The notes under the pieces were generated by a model that was not told where the DNA came from, did no database searches, and saw only the letters and a list, made by a program, of their open reading frames with translations. DNA of 64,000 bases, from the NCBI GenBank assembly GCA_001816655.1, contig MHCP01000028.1, positions 30,309-94,308 on the forward strand. The letters are read 5' to 3'. The position numbers were made by a program, and so were the translations under genes. Origin of the DNA: Candidatus Woykebacteria bacterium RBG_13_40_15 (GTDB lineage Bacteria > Patescibacteriota > Microgenomatia > Woykebacterales > RBG-16-39-9b). Positions 18,637 through 28,001 of this stretch are shown in pieces (within the stretch, counting starts at the first letter, position 1; each line of letters starts with the position of its first letter).

Positions 18637-18689
18637 CGCGATGATATTTTACACTAGCCTAGACCTGAAAACAATTGATATAATAAACC

Positions 18690-19049
18690 TTGATGACACC
18701 AGAGGAAGCCTTCGAACAAAAACTTAACGACGTTCCGATGACAGCAGAAGGAAAGGTTATTGAAGTCCTCCCCGATGACATCGGCGAAACCCCACATCAG
18801 CGATTTGTCATAAAACTTGATGCTGGAAACACAATTCTTATCGCCCATAACTTGGAGAGAGCTTATAGAGTACCGGTGAAGCTTGGCGATGAAGTAGAGG
18901 TTCATGGAACTTACAAGTGGAACAAATATGGTGGGCTAATCCACAAAACCCATCACGATGAGCGTGGTGAACACGAGGATGGTTGGATAAATTTAGTCGG
19001 AGTCCATCATCCAGACTTTACCAAACCAGTTGACGCAAAACTAGCTTAG
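18690..19049 (+). CDS. DUF3465-like OB-fold protein
   Basis: LPDD..G..HQRF...LIAHN...G.Y.WN..GG.IH.THHD..G.H.DGWI. Confidence 0.8.
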   Translation: MMTPEEAFEQKLNDVPMTAEGKVIEVLPDDIGETPHQRFVIKLDAGNTILIAHNLERAYRVPVKLGDEVEVHGTYKWNKYGGLIHKTHHDERGEHEDGWINLVGVHHPDFTKPVDAKLA

Positions 19050-21224
19050 TTTTTTATTTTTCAACCTCTCAATTGCCTGCGAAAGCAACTGAACATATAA
19101 TTCAAACCCAATTAAGGCTATGTTGCCACTCTGGGCTGTTCCGAGCAAGTTACCGGCGCCGCGAATTTCGAGGTCGTGTTTTGCTATTTTAAAACCAGAC
19201 CCTAGCTCCGTACTTTCTGAAATCGCTGCTAATCTTTCCAAACTTTCACCCTCTGGTACATAATTTTTAGGATAAAAGAGATGGGCATAGGCGGCTCTGT
19301 CGGAACGCCCAACCCTACCACGCAGCTGATAAAGTTCTGACAGACCAAACGCTTGAGCATTTTCAATTATGATGGTGTTAACATTCGGCATGTCCAGCCC
19401 CGAACCAATAATCGTCGTACAAATTAGTACATCATATTTTTTCTCATAAAAGAGATCCATAACTTTTTCCAAACTTGTTACCTGCACCTTGTTACTTGTT
19501 ACTTTCCTCTCCATTTGTCCATGAGCAAAAGTAACTCTTGCAGAAGGAACAAGTTTTTGGATTTCTGCCGCTTTTGAGGCTATTTTTTGAACACTGTTAA
19601 AAACATAATAAACTTGCCCGCCTGCCATTGCCTGGCGGCGAAGCTCCTGGCGGGCAGGCCCGCCCCGGAAAATTTCTTTTTCGATTGCTAATTTAACTTT
19701 TTCTTCGTCAAATTCGCCGACCGAAGTTTCAATCGGCTTTCTACCGGCTGGTGCCTCACTCAAAACCGACATATCTCGCAAAGTAGTTAGCGCCAAATTT
19801 AAAGTTCGCGGTATTGGGGTTGCACTTATGGACAAAACATCCACTACGGGTTTTATGGTTTTTAATTTCTCTTTGTGCTTCACGCCAAAACGGTGCTCCT
19901 CATCAATTATCAAAAGCCCTAGATTTTTAAATTCCACGTCGTCACTGAGAAGTCTGTGAGTCCCTATAACAACATCAATTGATCCATCTTTCAGCCCACT
20001 GACAACGTCGACTTGTTTTTCTTTTTCTTCAAAGCGTGAAAGTTTTTCAATTCTTACTGGAAAGCCTTGTAATCTTTCTCGAAATAAATGGAGGTGCTGC
20101 TCTGCTAAAACTGTGGTTGGAACTAAAATTGCCGCTTGGCGACCAGCTTGAGCTACTTTAAATGTCGCTCTAATTGCCACCTCAGTCTTACCAAAACCAA
20201 CATCTCCAACTAAAACTCTATCCATTGGGTGATTGCTTTCCAAATCTGCTTTAATTTCCATCGCTGCTTTCAGCTGATCAGCCGTTTCTTCATATTCAAA
20301 GGCCTCTTCAAGTTGTTTTTGCCAAGGAGTATCAGTACCAACACCGACCCGTGTTGAAAGTTGCCTTTTTGCGTAAAGTTCAAGCAGTTCTTTTGCGTAT
20401 TCCGTAACACTTTCAGTGACTTTTTGCCTTGTCTTCTCCCAAGCGCCAGTCCCCAAGTATGAGAGTGGGACTTTTCTGCCACCAACTCCAATATATTTTG
20501 TAATCCGCTCGATTTGATCTACCGGCACGAAAAGTTTGTCACCCTTCGCGTATTCGACAATTAAATGCTGATTAGTCAGATTTGACTTTCTGCCAGTCTT
20601 TTCATCTGTTTGAGCCAAACCGTCATAAATTTCCTCATCTTGCAACGAAGCGAGACGACCCAATTTTTGAGGCTTCAATGGCACAAGCGACGAGGCGTCA
20701 CAGGTAAATCCAACCTTCCTTGATTCGCGCGGATTTGAAGCAGAAGAAAATTGTTGATCGTCGAGCTTCAAATTAGAAATCCCGATAAACCTCCCAACCC
20801 CATAATCTATATGAACGACCAAATCTCCAGGTTCTATTTCTGATAAAAATAGGCGAACCGAATTCCCTGATTGCAGAGGAAATTTCTTTTGTTTTGTCCA
20901 TTTCGGAGCGATTTTTGGCGTAATACCACAAGCGATTATATACACTTCTTTTAACCTTTTTATTATTCCTTGAGTAAAAATATTGAACATGTAAATATTT
21001 TCAACCTGCTCACCAATTAAGTCGATTCTCACCGGAATTTTGTATCTTTCCAACCAAATATCAATTAAGCCGCCGCGTTTAGAAAACTCCCCGGCTTTTG
21101 CAATCGTACCGGGAGAAATATTTTCGTATCCTAAATTCGTTAATTTAGCTGCAAGAACAGTAGGCGAAACTTTGTCACACAAAGCAATATTTAAACCTGT
21201 TTCATTATATTGATCCATAATCAT
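19041..21224 (-). CDS. mfd: Transcription-repair coupling factor, truncated at both ends and carrying three in-frame insertions
   Basis: UvrB-homology segment (GEFSKRGGLIDIW), RID (GDLVVHIDYGVGRF), GDVGFGKT, DEEH, SATPIPRT, QLRGRVGRS, DLEIRGAGNLLG..QSG. Confidence 0.92.
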   Translation of the reverse strand: MIMDQYNETGLNIALCDKVSPTVLAAKLTNLGYENISPGTIAKAGEFSKRGGLIDIWLERYKIPVRIDLIGEQVENIYMFNIFTQGIIKRLKEVYIIACGITPKIAPKWTKQKKFPLQSGNSVRLFLSEIEPGDLVVHIDYGVGRFIGISNLKLDDQQFSSASNPRESRKVGFTCDASSLVPLKPQKLGRLASLQDEEIYDGLAQTDEKTGRKSNLTNQHLIVEYAKGDKLFVPVDQIERITKYIGVGGRKVPLSYLGTGAWEKTRQKVTESVTEYAKELLELYAKRQLSTRVGVGTDTPWQKQLEEAFEYEETADQLKAAMEIKADLESNHPMDRVLVGDVGFGKTEVAIRATFKVAQAGRQAAILVPTTVLAEQHLHLFRERLQGFPVRIEKLSRFEEKEKQVDVVSGLKDGSIDVVIGTHRLLSDDVEFKNLGLLIIDEEHRFGVKHKEKLKTIKPVVDVLSISATPIPRTLNLALTTLRDMSVLSEAPAGRKPIETSVGEFDEEKVKLAIEKEIFRGGPARQELRRQAMAGGQVYYVFNSVQKIASKAAEIQKLVPSARVTFAHGQMERKVTSNKVQVTSLEKVMDLFYEKKYDVLICTTIIGSGLDMPNVNTIIIENAQAFGLSELYQLRGRVGRSDRAAYAHLFYPKNYVPEGESLERLAAISESTELGSGFKIAKHDLEIRGAGNLLGTAQSGNIALIGFELYVQLLSQAIERLKNKKLS

Positions 21225-21296
21225 CCCAACGCAAACAAACCCATTTCTAGAATATGGGGTATGTTTTTATTTAGTTTAGTTGCTGCCTACATTCCA

Positions 21297-21812
21297 CTAT
21301 TTCAGCCAATTAATAACCACTTCGGCCGCTCGCTGAATTGTTTTTTGGATGTCTGATTTTTCTTTTGAGAATCGTTGCAGGACCCAGTCTTCAGTCTCCA
21401 TCGAAACATTGGGTCGGCCAATTCCAACCCGCACCCGACTGAATTCATCGGAGCCCAATGATTCGATAATTGATTCAACGCCCTTGTGGCCGGCGGAACT
21501 TCTGCCAAACTGATGTTTTATTTCGCCAAATTCGAGATCGACATCGTCATGAACTACCAGGAGCTCCTCTGGCTTTATTTTATAGAAATTCGCAATTCGA
21601 TTAACCGCTTTTCCAGAAACATTCATAAAGGTCTGAGGCTTAACTAAAAGTCTCTCATTATCAAGAGTATAAATAATAGAGTCGAATTTCTTATTGAATT
21701 GGGGACTAGCCGCATACGTTGATAAAAGTTCGTCAATCACCATAAACCCAACATTGTGCCGGGTAAATGCATATTTTTCTCCAGGATTTCCGAGCCCCAC
21801 TACTATTTTCAT
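21297..21812 (-). CDS. pth: Peptidyl-tRNA hydrolase
   Basis: VGLGNPG..Y..TRHNVGF, KPQTFMN.SG, HDDVDL, GHKG. Confidence 0.97.
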   Translation of the reverse strand: MKIVVGLGNPGEKYAFTRHNVGFMVIDELLSTYAASPQFNKKFDSIIYTLDNERLLVKPQTFMNVSGKAVNRIANFYKIKPEELLVVHDDVDLEFGEIKHQFGRSSAGHKGVESIIESLGSDEFSRVRVGIGRPNVSMETEDWVLQRFSKEKSDIQKTIQRAAEVVINWLK

Positions 21813-21860
21813 CGCCTTAAGATTAACAGGTAAAATGCAGCCATTGCAAGCGCGGGAAAC

Positions 21861-22322
21861 TTAAGAAGTTGTTTTAGAAAAAATTGTGTCTTCCAATCTT
21901 TCCATTTCCGCTGCATCATGGGGGTTTTCGTGGTCAAATCCAAGAAGATGCAAGACTCCATGAATGACTAAAATCCGTGCCATATCATCCACCATTATGT
22001 CTTCCTTTGCAGCGCGATCAAGTAGCTGCGGATAGGAAATTAAAATATCGCCCAAATTTAAATAGGAAGACGGTGGTGTAACAAAAGTTTTTGGTTTTCC
22101 GGTGTCCAGAGAATAAGCGAAAGAAAGAACATCAGTTGGCTTATCCAAATTAAGATATTTCTTATTCAACTCACGCATTTTTCGATCCCCAATAACAGAA
22201 ATTACCAGAGAAACCTTTCCCTTCACGTTCTCAGCAGAAAGGGTCGCCTCTGCGGCGACCACCAAAACACTTTTTTTGATTGGGTAATGAGGTTCAACAT
22301 AGGCAACAACTTTATAGTTCAT
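21861..22322 (-). CDS. ybeY: rRNA maturation RNase YbeY
   Basis: DKPTDVLSF, LGDI.IS, HGVLHLLGFDH. Confidence 0.95.
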   Translation of the reverse strand: MNYKVVAYVEPHYPIKKSVLVVAAEATLSAENVKGKVSLVISVIGDRKMRELNKKYLNLDKPTDVLSFAYSLDTGKPKTFVTPPSSYLNLGDILISYPQLLDRAAKEDIMVDDMARILVIHGVLHLLGFDHENPHDAAEMERLEDTIFSKTTS

Positions 22323-22323
22323 C

Positions 22324-22512
22324 TTATTCTTCTTCCTGATACTTCAATTTGCGCTCAAGAGCCTCCTTTGCTCTCTTGCGATGAATAGATGGTTTCTCAT
22401 AAAACTCCCTTTTGCGAAGTTCTTTAAGAACACCTTCTTGCTGCACTTTTCTGTTGAATTTTCTGATCAGAGAATCAACACTTTCGCCTTCATTTGCTCT
22501 AACTATTGCCAT
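22324..22512 (-). CDS. rpsU: 30S ribosomal protein S21
   Basis: [28 protein letters not shown]. Confidence 0.95.
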   Translation of the reverse strand: MAIVRANEGESVDSLIRKFNRKVQQEGVLKELRKREFYEKPSIHRKRAKEALERKLKYQEEE

Positions 22513-22611
22513 GTAATATTAAAGTAAAAAGACACCCCCTAACTTAAGTTAAAAGTTAAAATTTAAAAGTCCAAAGCCAAAAATTAGCTCTTTCTACGCT
22601 TACTCCCAACC

Positions 22612-22929
22612 TTAATCGCCTAACAAGTGGAGGTGTAAATGCGGAACCTCTTGATACACTCCTCCATTTACAACTACCCTATAAGAGCTTTCTAATTTTT
22701 TGTCTTTAACTAATTGTTGTATCACTTTTATTATTTTTGTCAACAACTTTGTATGATTCTCCTTCAAATCAAGAAAGCTTTCAATATGTTCCTTTGGTGT
22801 AATTAAAAGATGTACCTTTGCCTTTGGTCGTATATCCGGGAAAACAACCAAATCGGCGTCCTGGTAAACGAAATTTGCTGGTATTTCTCCTTTTACTATC
22901 TTACAAAATGTACAATCCATAATGCCCAA
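22612..22929 (-). CDS. HIT family nucleotide-binding protein
   Basis: CTFCKIV.GEIPA, DIRPKA..HLL..PK.H, VPHLHLHLLG. Confidence 0.93.
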   Translation of the reverse strand: MGIMDCTFCKIVKGEIPANFVYQDADLVVFPDIRPKAKVHLLITPKEHIESFLDLKENHTKLLTKIIKVIQQLVKDKKLESSYRVVVNGGVYQEVPHLHLHLLGD

Positions 22930-22934
22930 GGAAA

Positions 22935-23849
22935 TTATTTTTTAGACCTTAATTTTAGATCATCTAAAACCTGGTACGGTATTTTCAAATAAAATCCAAC
23001 AAATCCAAGCTCTTTTCCTGTACTGCTAAAACCATGATAATCACTTCCGCCGCTGACAGCAAGGCCCTTTTCCTTTGCTATTTTTTCATAGTGAGCAACG
23101 CAGAGCTTTGTATCTTCCTCGCTGTCACGATGAGAATAGACCTCAATTCCATCAAGGCCATTCCCTAGAAGTTCAGCTAGATAATGATCGTCAAATGTTA
23201 ATTTTCCACTTTCTGAATCTTTACTAACTAAATCCCAACTGGGGTGTGCAAGTATTGCTAGCCCTCCATGTTTGTGAATCAGATCAATTGAATCCTTTGG
23301 GTCTAGAGCTTCCCTTCTGTGATGAGCCGGCATACCCGTTATTAAATATTTTCTGATGAAATCGCTAGCTGTTGGAATACCACCAAAATCCTCCAAAAGT
23401 TTCTTTTTATTCTCGAGATCATTTATAACCATCCATGCAATGTGGGGTTTTCCTATTACCCCACGCGTCAGACTCTTCAAATCGCCGAGATTTATTAAAT
23501 ATCCTAGTTCATTTAAGGAGGCTACCACTTTTTCCGCTTGTTGTTCTCTTTGGGTTTGTAATTCTTTCAAAAAGGATTGAAAAGTTTTATTTTTCCAATC
23601 TATAAAATAACCAAGGATATGAAATTCTCTTTTCTCGCTGGGGTAACAAGTAATTTCGGTTGCTGGAACTACTTCAATACCAATTTTTTTTCCGGCGGAA
23701 GTAGCTTCTGAAAGTCCCGAAACGCTATCATGATCAGCAATTCCGACAGCGCTAAGACCTATCTTTTTTGCTTTTTCAACTACGGCTGCGGGAGAAAGTC
23801 CTCCATCTGAATAATATGTATGGGCGTGTAGATCAATGTACTTTTTCAT
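22935..23849 (-). CDS. PHP domain phosphoesterase (YciV/TrpH-like)
   Basis: DLHAHT..SDG, IADHD, HILGY, LAHP, GGSDYHG. Confidence 0.9.
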   Translation of the reverse strand: MKKYIDLHAHTYYSDGGLSPAAVVEKAKKIGLSAVGIADHDSVSGLSEATSAGKKIGIEVVPATEITCYPSEKREFHILGYFIDWKNKTFQSFLKELQTQREQQAEKVVASLNELGYLINLGDLKSLTRGVIGKPHIAWMVINDLENKKKLLEDFGGIPTASDFIRKYLITGMPAHHRREALDPKDSIDLIHKHGGLAILAHPSWDLVSKDSESGKLTFDDHYLAELLGNGLDGIEVYSHRDSEEDTKLCVAHYEKIAKEKGLAVSGGSDYHGFSSTGKELGFVGFYLKIPYQVLDDLKLRSKK

Positions 23850-24107
23850 AGTAAGCTTGTCAAATCCATTTATGGTGAGCTTGTCGAACCATCAGGCGAT
23901 TTTAATCCTTTCGATACTTAAAATCAATTACTTAATGAGCGGATGGGACTTTTAGTCGCTAATAATTTCGAAAGATAAAGTTGTTACAGAAAGATCCAAT
24001 TGACTTTCCACAATTTCTAAAACAAAATAAAAAGGCTAGATAAAAAACACTAGAGGGCACCTTGACAGCTAAAATAATAGCCAGTCTATGAAGAAGGAGG
24101 GCCGATC

Positions 24108-25409
24108 ATGGCAAAGAAAAAAGCGGCTGGTCAGCCCCCTAACGAGGCTGACTTTACCTTTCCTGAACAAGATACGAAGCTAGACTTCCGTGTAATCAAT
24201 ACCGTTTCGCAACCACGCAAGGAATTCCCCGATATACGAGAGCTAGCTGATAGCATCGCAAGACACGGCTTGCTCTACCCCCTAGTCATCCTAAAACTCG
24301 ATGAGGAGCAATGCAGAAAGTACTTGGGGAACCTAAACGCAATCTGGGAGAGTGAGCACTGTATCGAAGAGCTAACCGTGGTACGCGAGGGGAAAAAGCG
24401 CATTTTCTATCTCCTCCTTGCCGGAGAGCGCCGGCTACGTGCTTATCGCCACTTGTGGAAGAAAGGCTGCAGCGATTGCCTGGAAGTCTACGGCAAGGAG
24501 AAACGCGGCACGTGCTTCAGACGGCACATTTCGGTAGAGGGAATGATACCCACCAGAATCTGCGAAAACATGCCGATTCACGAGGCACTAATCCTACAGA
24601 TGATCGAGAACACGAGCCGTGTCCAGCTATCCCTCAATGATGAAGCACGCGGCCTGGCCTATCTCTACAGAACCTTTCGGATGGCCGATCCCGCTCTTAC
24701 CGTGAAGGACTTCGCTCGTCACTTTGGACGAGGAGAAACCACTGTTAGAAGTGCTCTTCGCTTCTGCAAGTTACCACCCGAGATCCAAGGTGCTGTCGAC
24801 AACGGTAATGATTACGGCAAGCTTGAGTTTGGAATAGCCGTCCAACTTGCCAGACTTCAGGAACACGGTTGCGACGAGGAAGAGCTCCTACACCGTATGA
24901 AAACAGCGCAGCTCGACAGAACCACGGTCCCCGATTTCCGTCAGTCCGTGACGAGCTACCTGCAATTCCTGAGAGGGCAGGGGTGTCTTTTCGATAGCGA
25001 TGTAAGTAGGCGACTTGCAGCACTTGGACAGCACAAACAAATAGTCGAGCGACACATTCTTGGAGCGCTTTACACCCAGCTCCAATACATGTTGACAGTG
25101 ATCCGTCTGTTTGAGAACGGTGATCTTGGAATGGAAGACTCTCCGTTCTCTGTGAGAAGCCCAGTCAAAGTATACCTTCGAGTAGTTCAAACTCTCGCGC
25201 AAGCCCTTCCTCACATGCGCCAGTTCCTGCCGGAGAAAGACCTAGCGATGATTGGGGCAACTTTGGCAGAAGGATTAGAGGTCACACGCATTCTCGAAGC
25301 AGCCTTAGCGGAAGCGAAAGAGACCGGAACGGAAGCACCAGGACCGGAAGAAAAGGAGGTAGGGATCCCGGTTGGTGCTCCTGGGGGCAACTTGCATCAG
25401 CAGGATTAG
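24108..25409 (+). CDS. Orphan ParB/Spo0J-like CTPase-HTH protein with Cys-rich insert
   Basis: QPRKEF...ELADSI..HGLLYP, LAGERRLRA, IEN..R..LS, HTH ARHFGRGETTVRSAL; AAGGAGG SD; hairpin at 25426-25456. Confidence 0.8.
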   Translation: MAKKKAAGQPPNEADFTFPEQDTKLDFRVINTVSQPRKEFPDIRELADSIARHGLLYPLVILKLDEEQCRKYLGNLNAIWESEHCIEELTVVREGKKRIFYLLLAGERRLRAYRHLWKKGCSDCLEVYGKEKRGTCFRRHISVEGMIPTRICENMPIHEALILQMIENTSRVQLSLNDEARGLAYLYRTFRMADPALTVKDFARHFGRGETTVRSALRFCKLPPEIQGAVDNGNDYGKLEFGIAVQLARLQEHGCDEEELLHRMKTAQLDRTTVPDFRQSVTSYLQFLRGQGCLFDSDVSRRLAALGQHKQIVERHILGALYTQLQYMLTVIRLFENGDLGMEDSPFSVRSPVKVYLRVVQTLAQALPHMRQFLPEKDLAMIGATLAEGLEVTRILEAALAEAKETGTEAPGPEEKEVGIPVGAPGGNLHQQD

Positions 25410-25495
25410 TCCCCTATTGTACGCGGAGGGTAGCAAGCATGGATGCTTCTACCCTCTCTCCGTTTTAAAAAAGAAAACCTGATATAATCCCTTTT

Positions 25496-25846
25496 GTGAT
25501 AGACGAAGAATTCCAAAAACTAGTTTCAAACGCACTAGAATCATTACCCACTTTTTTTAAAGAAAAACTTGATAATGTAGATGTAGTGGTGGGAGATTGG
25601 CCAAGCCCCGATTTATCAAAAGGGAGGCTTTTGCTTGGGCTTTATCAAGGAGTTCCAAAAACTCGGCGTGGGACAGGGTACTCTTTTGTTTTACCCGATA
25701 AAATAACGATTTTTAAAGGTCCCATTGAGATTTTTTCGAAAGGAAACAGCGAATCAATTAAGGAAATTGTGGCCGATACAGTCCAACACGAAATCGCCCA
25801 CCATTTTGGAATAAGTGATAGTAGATTAAAAGAATTAAAAACCTAG
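25496..25846 (+). CDS. Zincin-like metallopeptidase (DUF1025 type)
   Basis: LLGLYQGVP, LPDKITIF, HEIAHHFGISD. Confidence 0.9.
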   Translation: MIDEEFQKLVSNALESLPTFFKEKLDNVDVVVGDWPSPDLSKGRLLLGLYQGVPKTRRGTGYSFVLPDKITIFKGPIEIFSKGNSESIKEIVADTVQHEIAHHFGISDSRLKELKT

Positions 25847-25916
25847 GGTCGACCTCTCTCCTTTGCGCGAGATCTCCCCTAACTTGTAGCAACTCGTTTC
25901 CTCCCCTCCTTTCTCA

Positions 25917-26171
25917 TCAGACCAATCCTTCCGCCTCAGCATACTCCTGCAGCACTCGACACGCTTCTCGAGTCAGCCCCCGCACCTCTAGAGAGCCGGA
26001 TGCGAGTTCTAGATCTCCAACCGTGATTATACCCGCTGCATTCGCCGCTTGGAGCGTCTTTTCAGCTATTTCCGAAGCTAGCCTGCTACCGTCGTTACTC
26101 TGTCTAACCACGATCTTTTCCGTAACCAATAGAAGGTCAGCAGCTCTAATTGTTCTTCCGCCTCCTGGCAT
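25917..26171 (-). CDS. Small protein resembling the RNA polymerase alpha C-terminal domain (HhH)
   Basis: KTLQAANAAGIITVGDL...VRGL...L.E.A...GL follows the alphaCTD pattern; AGGAGG SD. Confidence 0.5.
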   Translation of the reverse strand: MPGGGRTIRAADLLLVTEKIVVRQSNDGSRLASEIAEKTLQAANAAGIITVGDLELASGSLEVRGLTREACRVLQEYAEAEGLV

Positions 26172-26184
26172 AGGATCCCTCCTT

Positions 26185-26400
26185 TCACATGATCTCTATC
26201 TCGTCTCCCTTTTCAATCACTCTTTGGGAGAAAGCAGCTACGAGATTGCCGTTGACCTTAACAAACAAGCCGCAAGGGGTCTGCTCCACCTTCCGAAGAT
26301 ACTGGCAGACCCTTTCCACTGTCAAGCCAACGAACTCTCGCTCCACCTCTTCCCCATTACACAGAGTGACCTTTATGGTGTCCATACCCAAGGAAACCAT
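26185..26400 (-). CDS. ThiS/MoaD-like beta-grasp protein lacking C-terminal Gly-Gly
   Basis: VKVNG...VIEKGDEIEIM*. Confidence 0.6.
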   Translation of the reverse strand: MVSLGMDTIKVTLCNGEEVEREFVGLTVERVCQYLRKVEQTPCGLFVKVNGNLVAAFSQRVIEKGDEIEIM

Positions 26401-26677
26401 TTGAATTCTCCCCTCTTACTGCTGCAGTTTGCTATCTTCCGCTTGAAATATAAGACAGAGTTGGTGGAAATTATATCCCGCAGGAAACAATACGCAACAG
26501 GTAATGTTGCGGATTATACTGATTGGAATGGAAAAATGCAATAATACATTAGAATTTGCTTTTGAAGAAAATCGAAAAAGAAAAAGAGGAATCCTGCCGG
26601 ACTGCGACAAAACGCATAATCTCCGGCAGGGCATCTCCTCTCCAATCTTGCCTAGCGAAGTCCTGGGGACCGGTTTC

Positions 26678-27025
26678 CTACGCCGGTTCAGGGGTGCTGA
26701 TTGTGCTTGAAGTCCCCTTCCGTACAACCACACGCCTCACAAACCCCCTTCCCACCTCGATCACTAACCGAACCTCCCTTCTTCCCACCTTATCAAAGGA
26801 CTTGGCGACAGCCTTCACTGGTCCGGATAGGTAAGTCGATTCAACAACATCAGTACCATCCGGACACGTGGACCTGATGGTAGTAACAGGTCCGGTTCTT
26901 AGAAGACGGGTTTGCAACCCTGGTGGGCCTTCGATAACGATCTCACCACTAAGAACTCTTGACCCGCCCAAATACACCCTCACCTCTTCTAGCGGGTCGA
27001 CATCGCCTGATCCTAACACTGCCAT
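26678..27025 (-). CDS. Hypothetical protein (GC-rich orphan)
   Basis: AGGGGG SD, upstream promoter, downstream hairpin CCTGCCGGA...TCCGGCAGG. Confidence 0.55.
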   Translation of the reverse strand: MAVLGSGDVDPLEEVRVYLGGSRVLSGEIVIEGPPGLQTRLLRTGPVTTIRSTCPDGTDVVESTYLSGPVKAVAKSFDKVGRREVRLVIEVGRGFVRRVVVRKGTSSTISTPEPA

Positions 27026-27161
27026 CTTGAACCCCCTTGAGTTTCAACTAAGCTAAACGACTGCTTGGGAGATCGCGTGTAAAGTTCCCTTCTTTCCTGC
27101 TGACGAATTATATACATTGCAAAGAAAAAAGTAAATGCTATAAGACAGCTACCTGGAAAAA

Positions 27162-27485
27162 TTACAGAAGTTTAAAGTGGATTATTTTCACAGGAGTTTG
27201 GCTAGAGACTTGCTTACCATAATATTTAGAATAGGTTTCAAACATTTCTTTTTCTGAAGGAAATTTTTCATGCCCTTCGAAATCTTCTGGAGTTAAATCT
27301 TTAAATGGTTTTTCGAAAACGTCCGTCAGCTTCGCCTTTGCAAAAGTCTCCCCAGTTTGTTTATTGATAAATTCGATTTCATCGCCAGTTTTTAGGTTCT
27401 TTTCATCAAAAAGCCGCCAGGTGTTAGTTTTCTCACCTGCCAAAATCGGCCCAACAAATTTTTCATCAAATTTCAATGTTTTCAT
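27162..27485 (-). CDS. ASCH domain protein
   Basis: LKF...PILAGEKT.TWR...GD; TTGACA-17-TAAAAT 9 nt upstream. Confidence 0.85.
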   Translation of the reverse strand: MKTLKFDEKFVGPILAGEKTNTWRLFDEKNLKTGDEIEFINKQTGETFAKAKLTDVFEKPFKDLTPEDFEGHEKFPSEKEMFETYSKYYGKQVSSQTPVKIIHFKLL

Positions 27486-27641
27486 TGTTATTGGATTTTA
27501 TGATTTGGGGGTTTGATTGTCAAAAAGTGTTGGCGGCGGGCCTTTTGCGTCACGTACCACAATTTGGCCCGCCTAAGTAGTGCTACGCTGAAAATCGTAG
27601 TACCCTCGATAAAACGCGCGAAGGTCCTGTTCCACCTCCGG

Positions 27642-27860
27642 TCAGCATTGATCAACTATCTCCCTACCGACCCTCCTCTCGACTTCCGCTCGGGCACGAC
27701 GAAGAAGTTGAGACACTGGAGTAGCGGCGCTGAGAAAACAAGCCTGGAAGTAGCTGTAATCCTCCACCATCAACCTCCAGCCAGATTCCTCCTTAAGGAA
27801 AACCTCGTTTGGAGCAACGAGGTGGAAGACTGTTTGGCCTAACTTAAAGATATTTCTCAC
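27642..27860 (-). CDS. Hypothetical protein (GC-rich orphan)
   Basis: AAAGGAGGAG SD before GTG. Confidence 0.5.
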   Translation of the reverse strand: MRNIFKLGQTVFHLVAPNEVFLKEESGWRLMVEDYSYFQACFLSAATPVSQLLRRARAEVERRVGREIVDQC

Positions 27861-28001
27861 GCCTCGCTCCTCCTTTCTTGAAGGAAATCATATCACTTAT
27901 AAAAATCAAAATCAACCGACTATGGGACAAATGGGTTAGGAAGTTTGTTGCTAGCACCTCGAAGCCCTGAGTCAAACCGAAGGACAAAGTGGTGTCAAAA
28001 A

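Noticed and set aside
20575-20779. Intein in Mfd
   Set aside because: Too short and lacks the intein block B and terminal His-Asn motifs.
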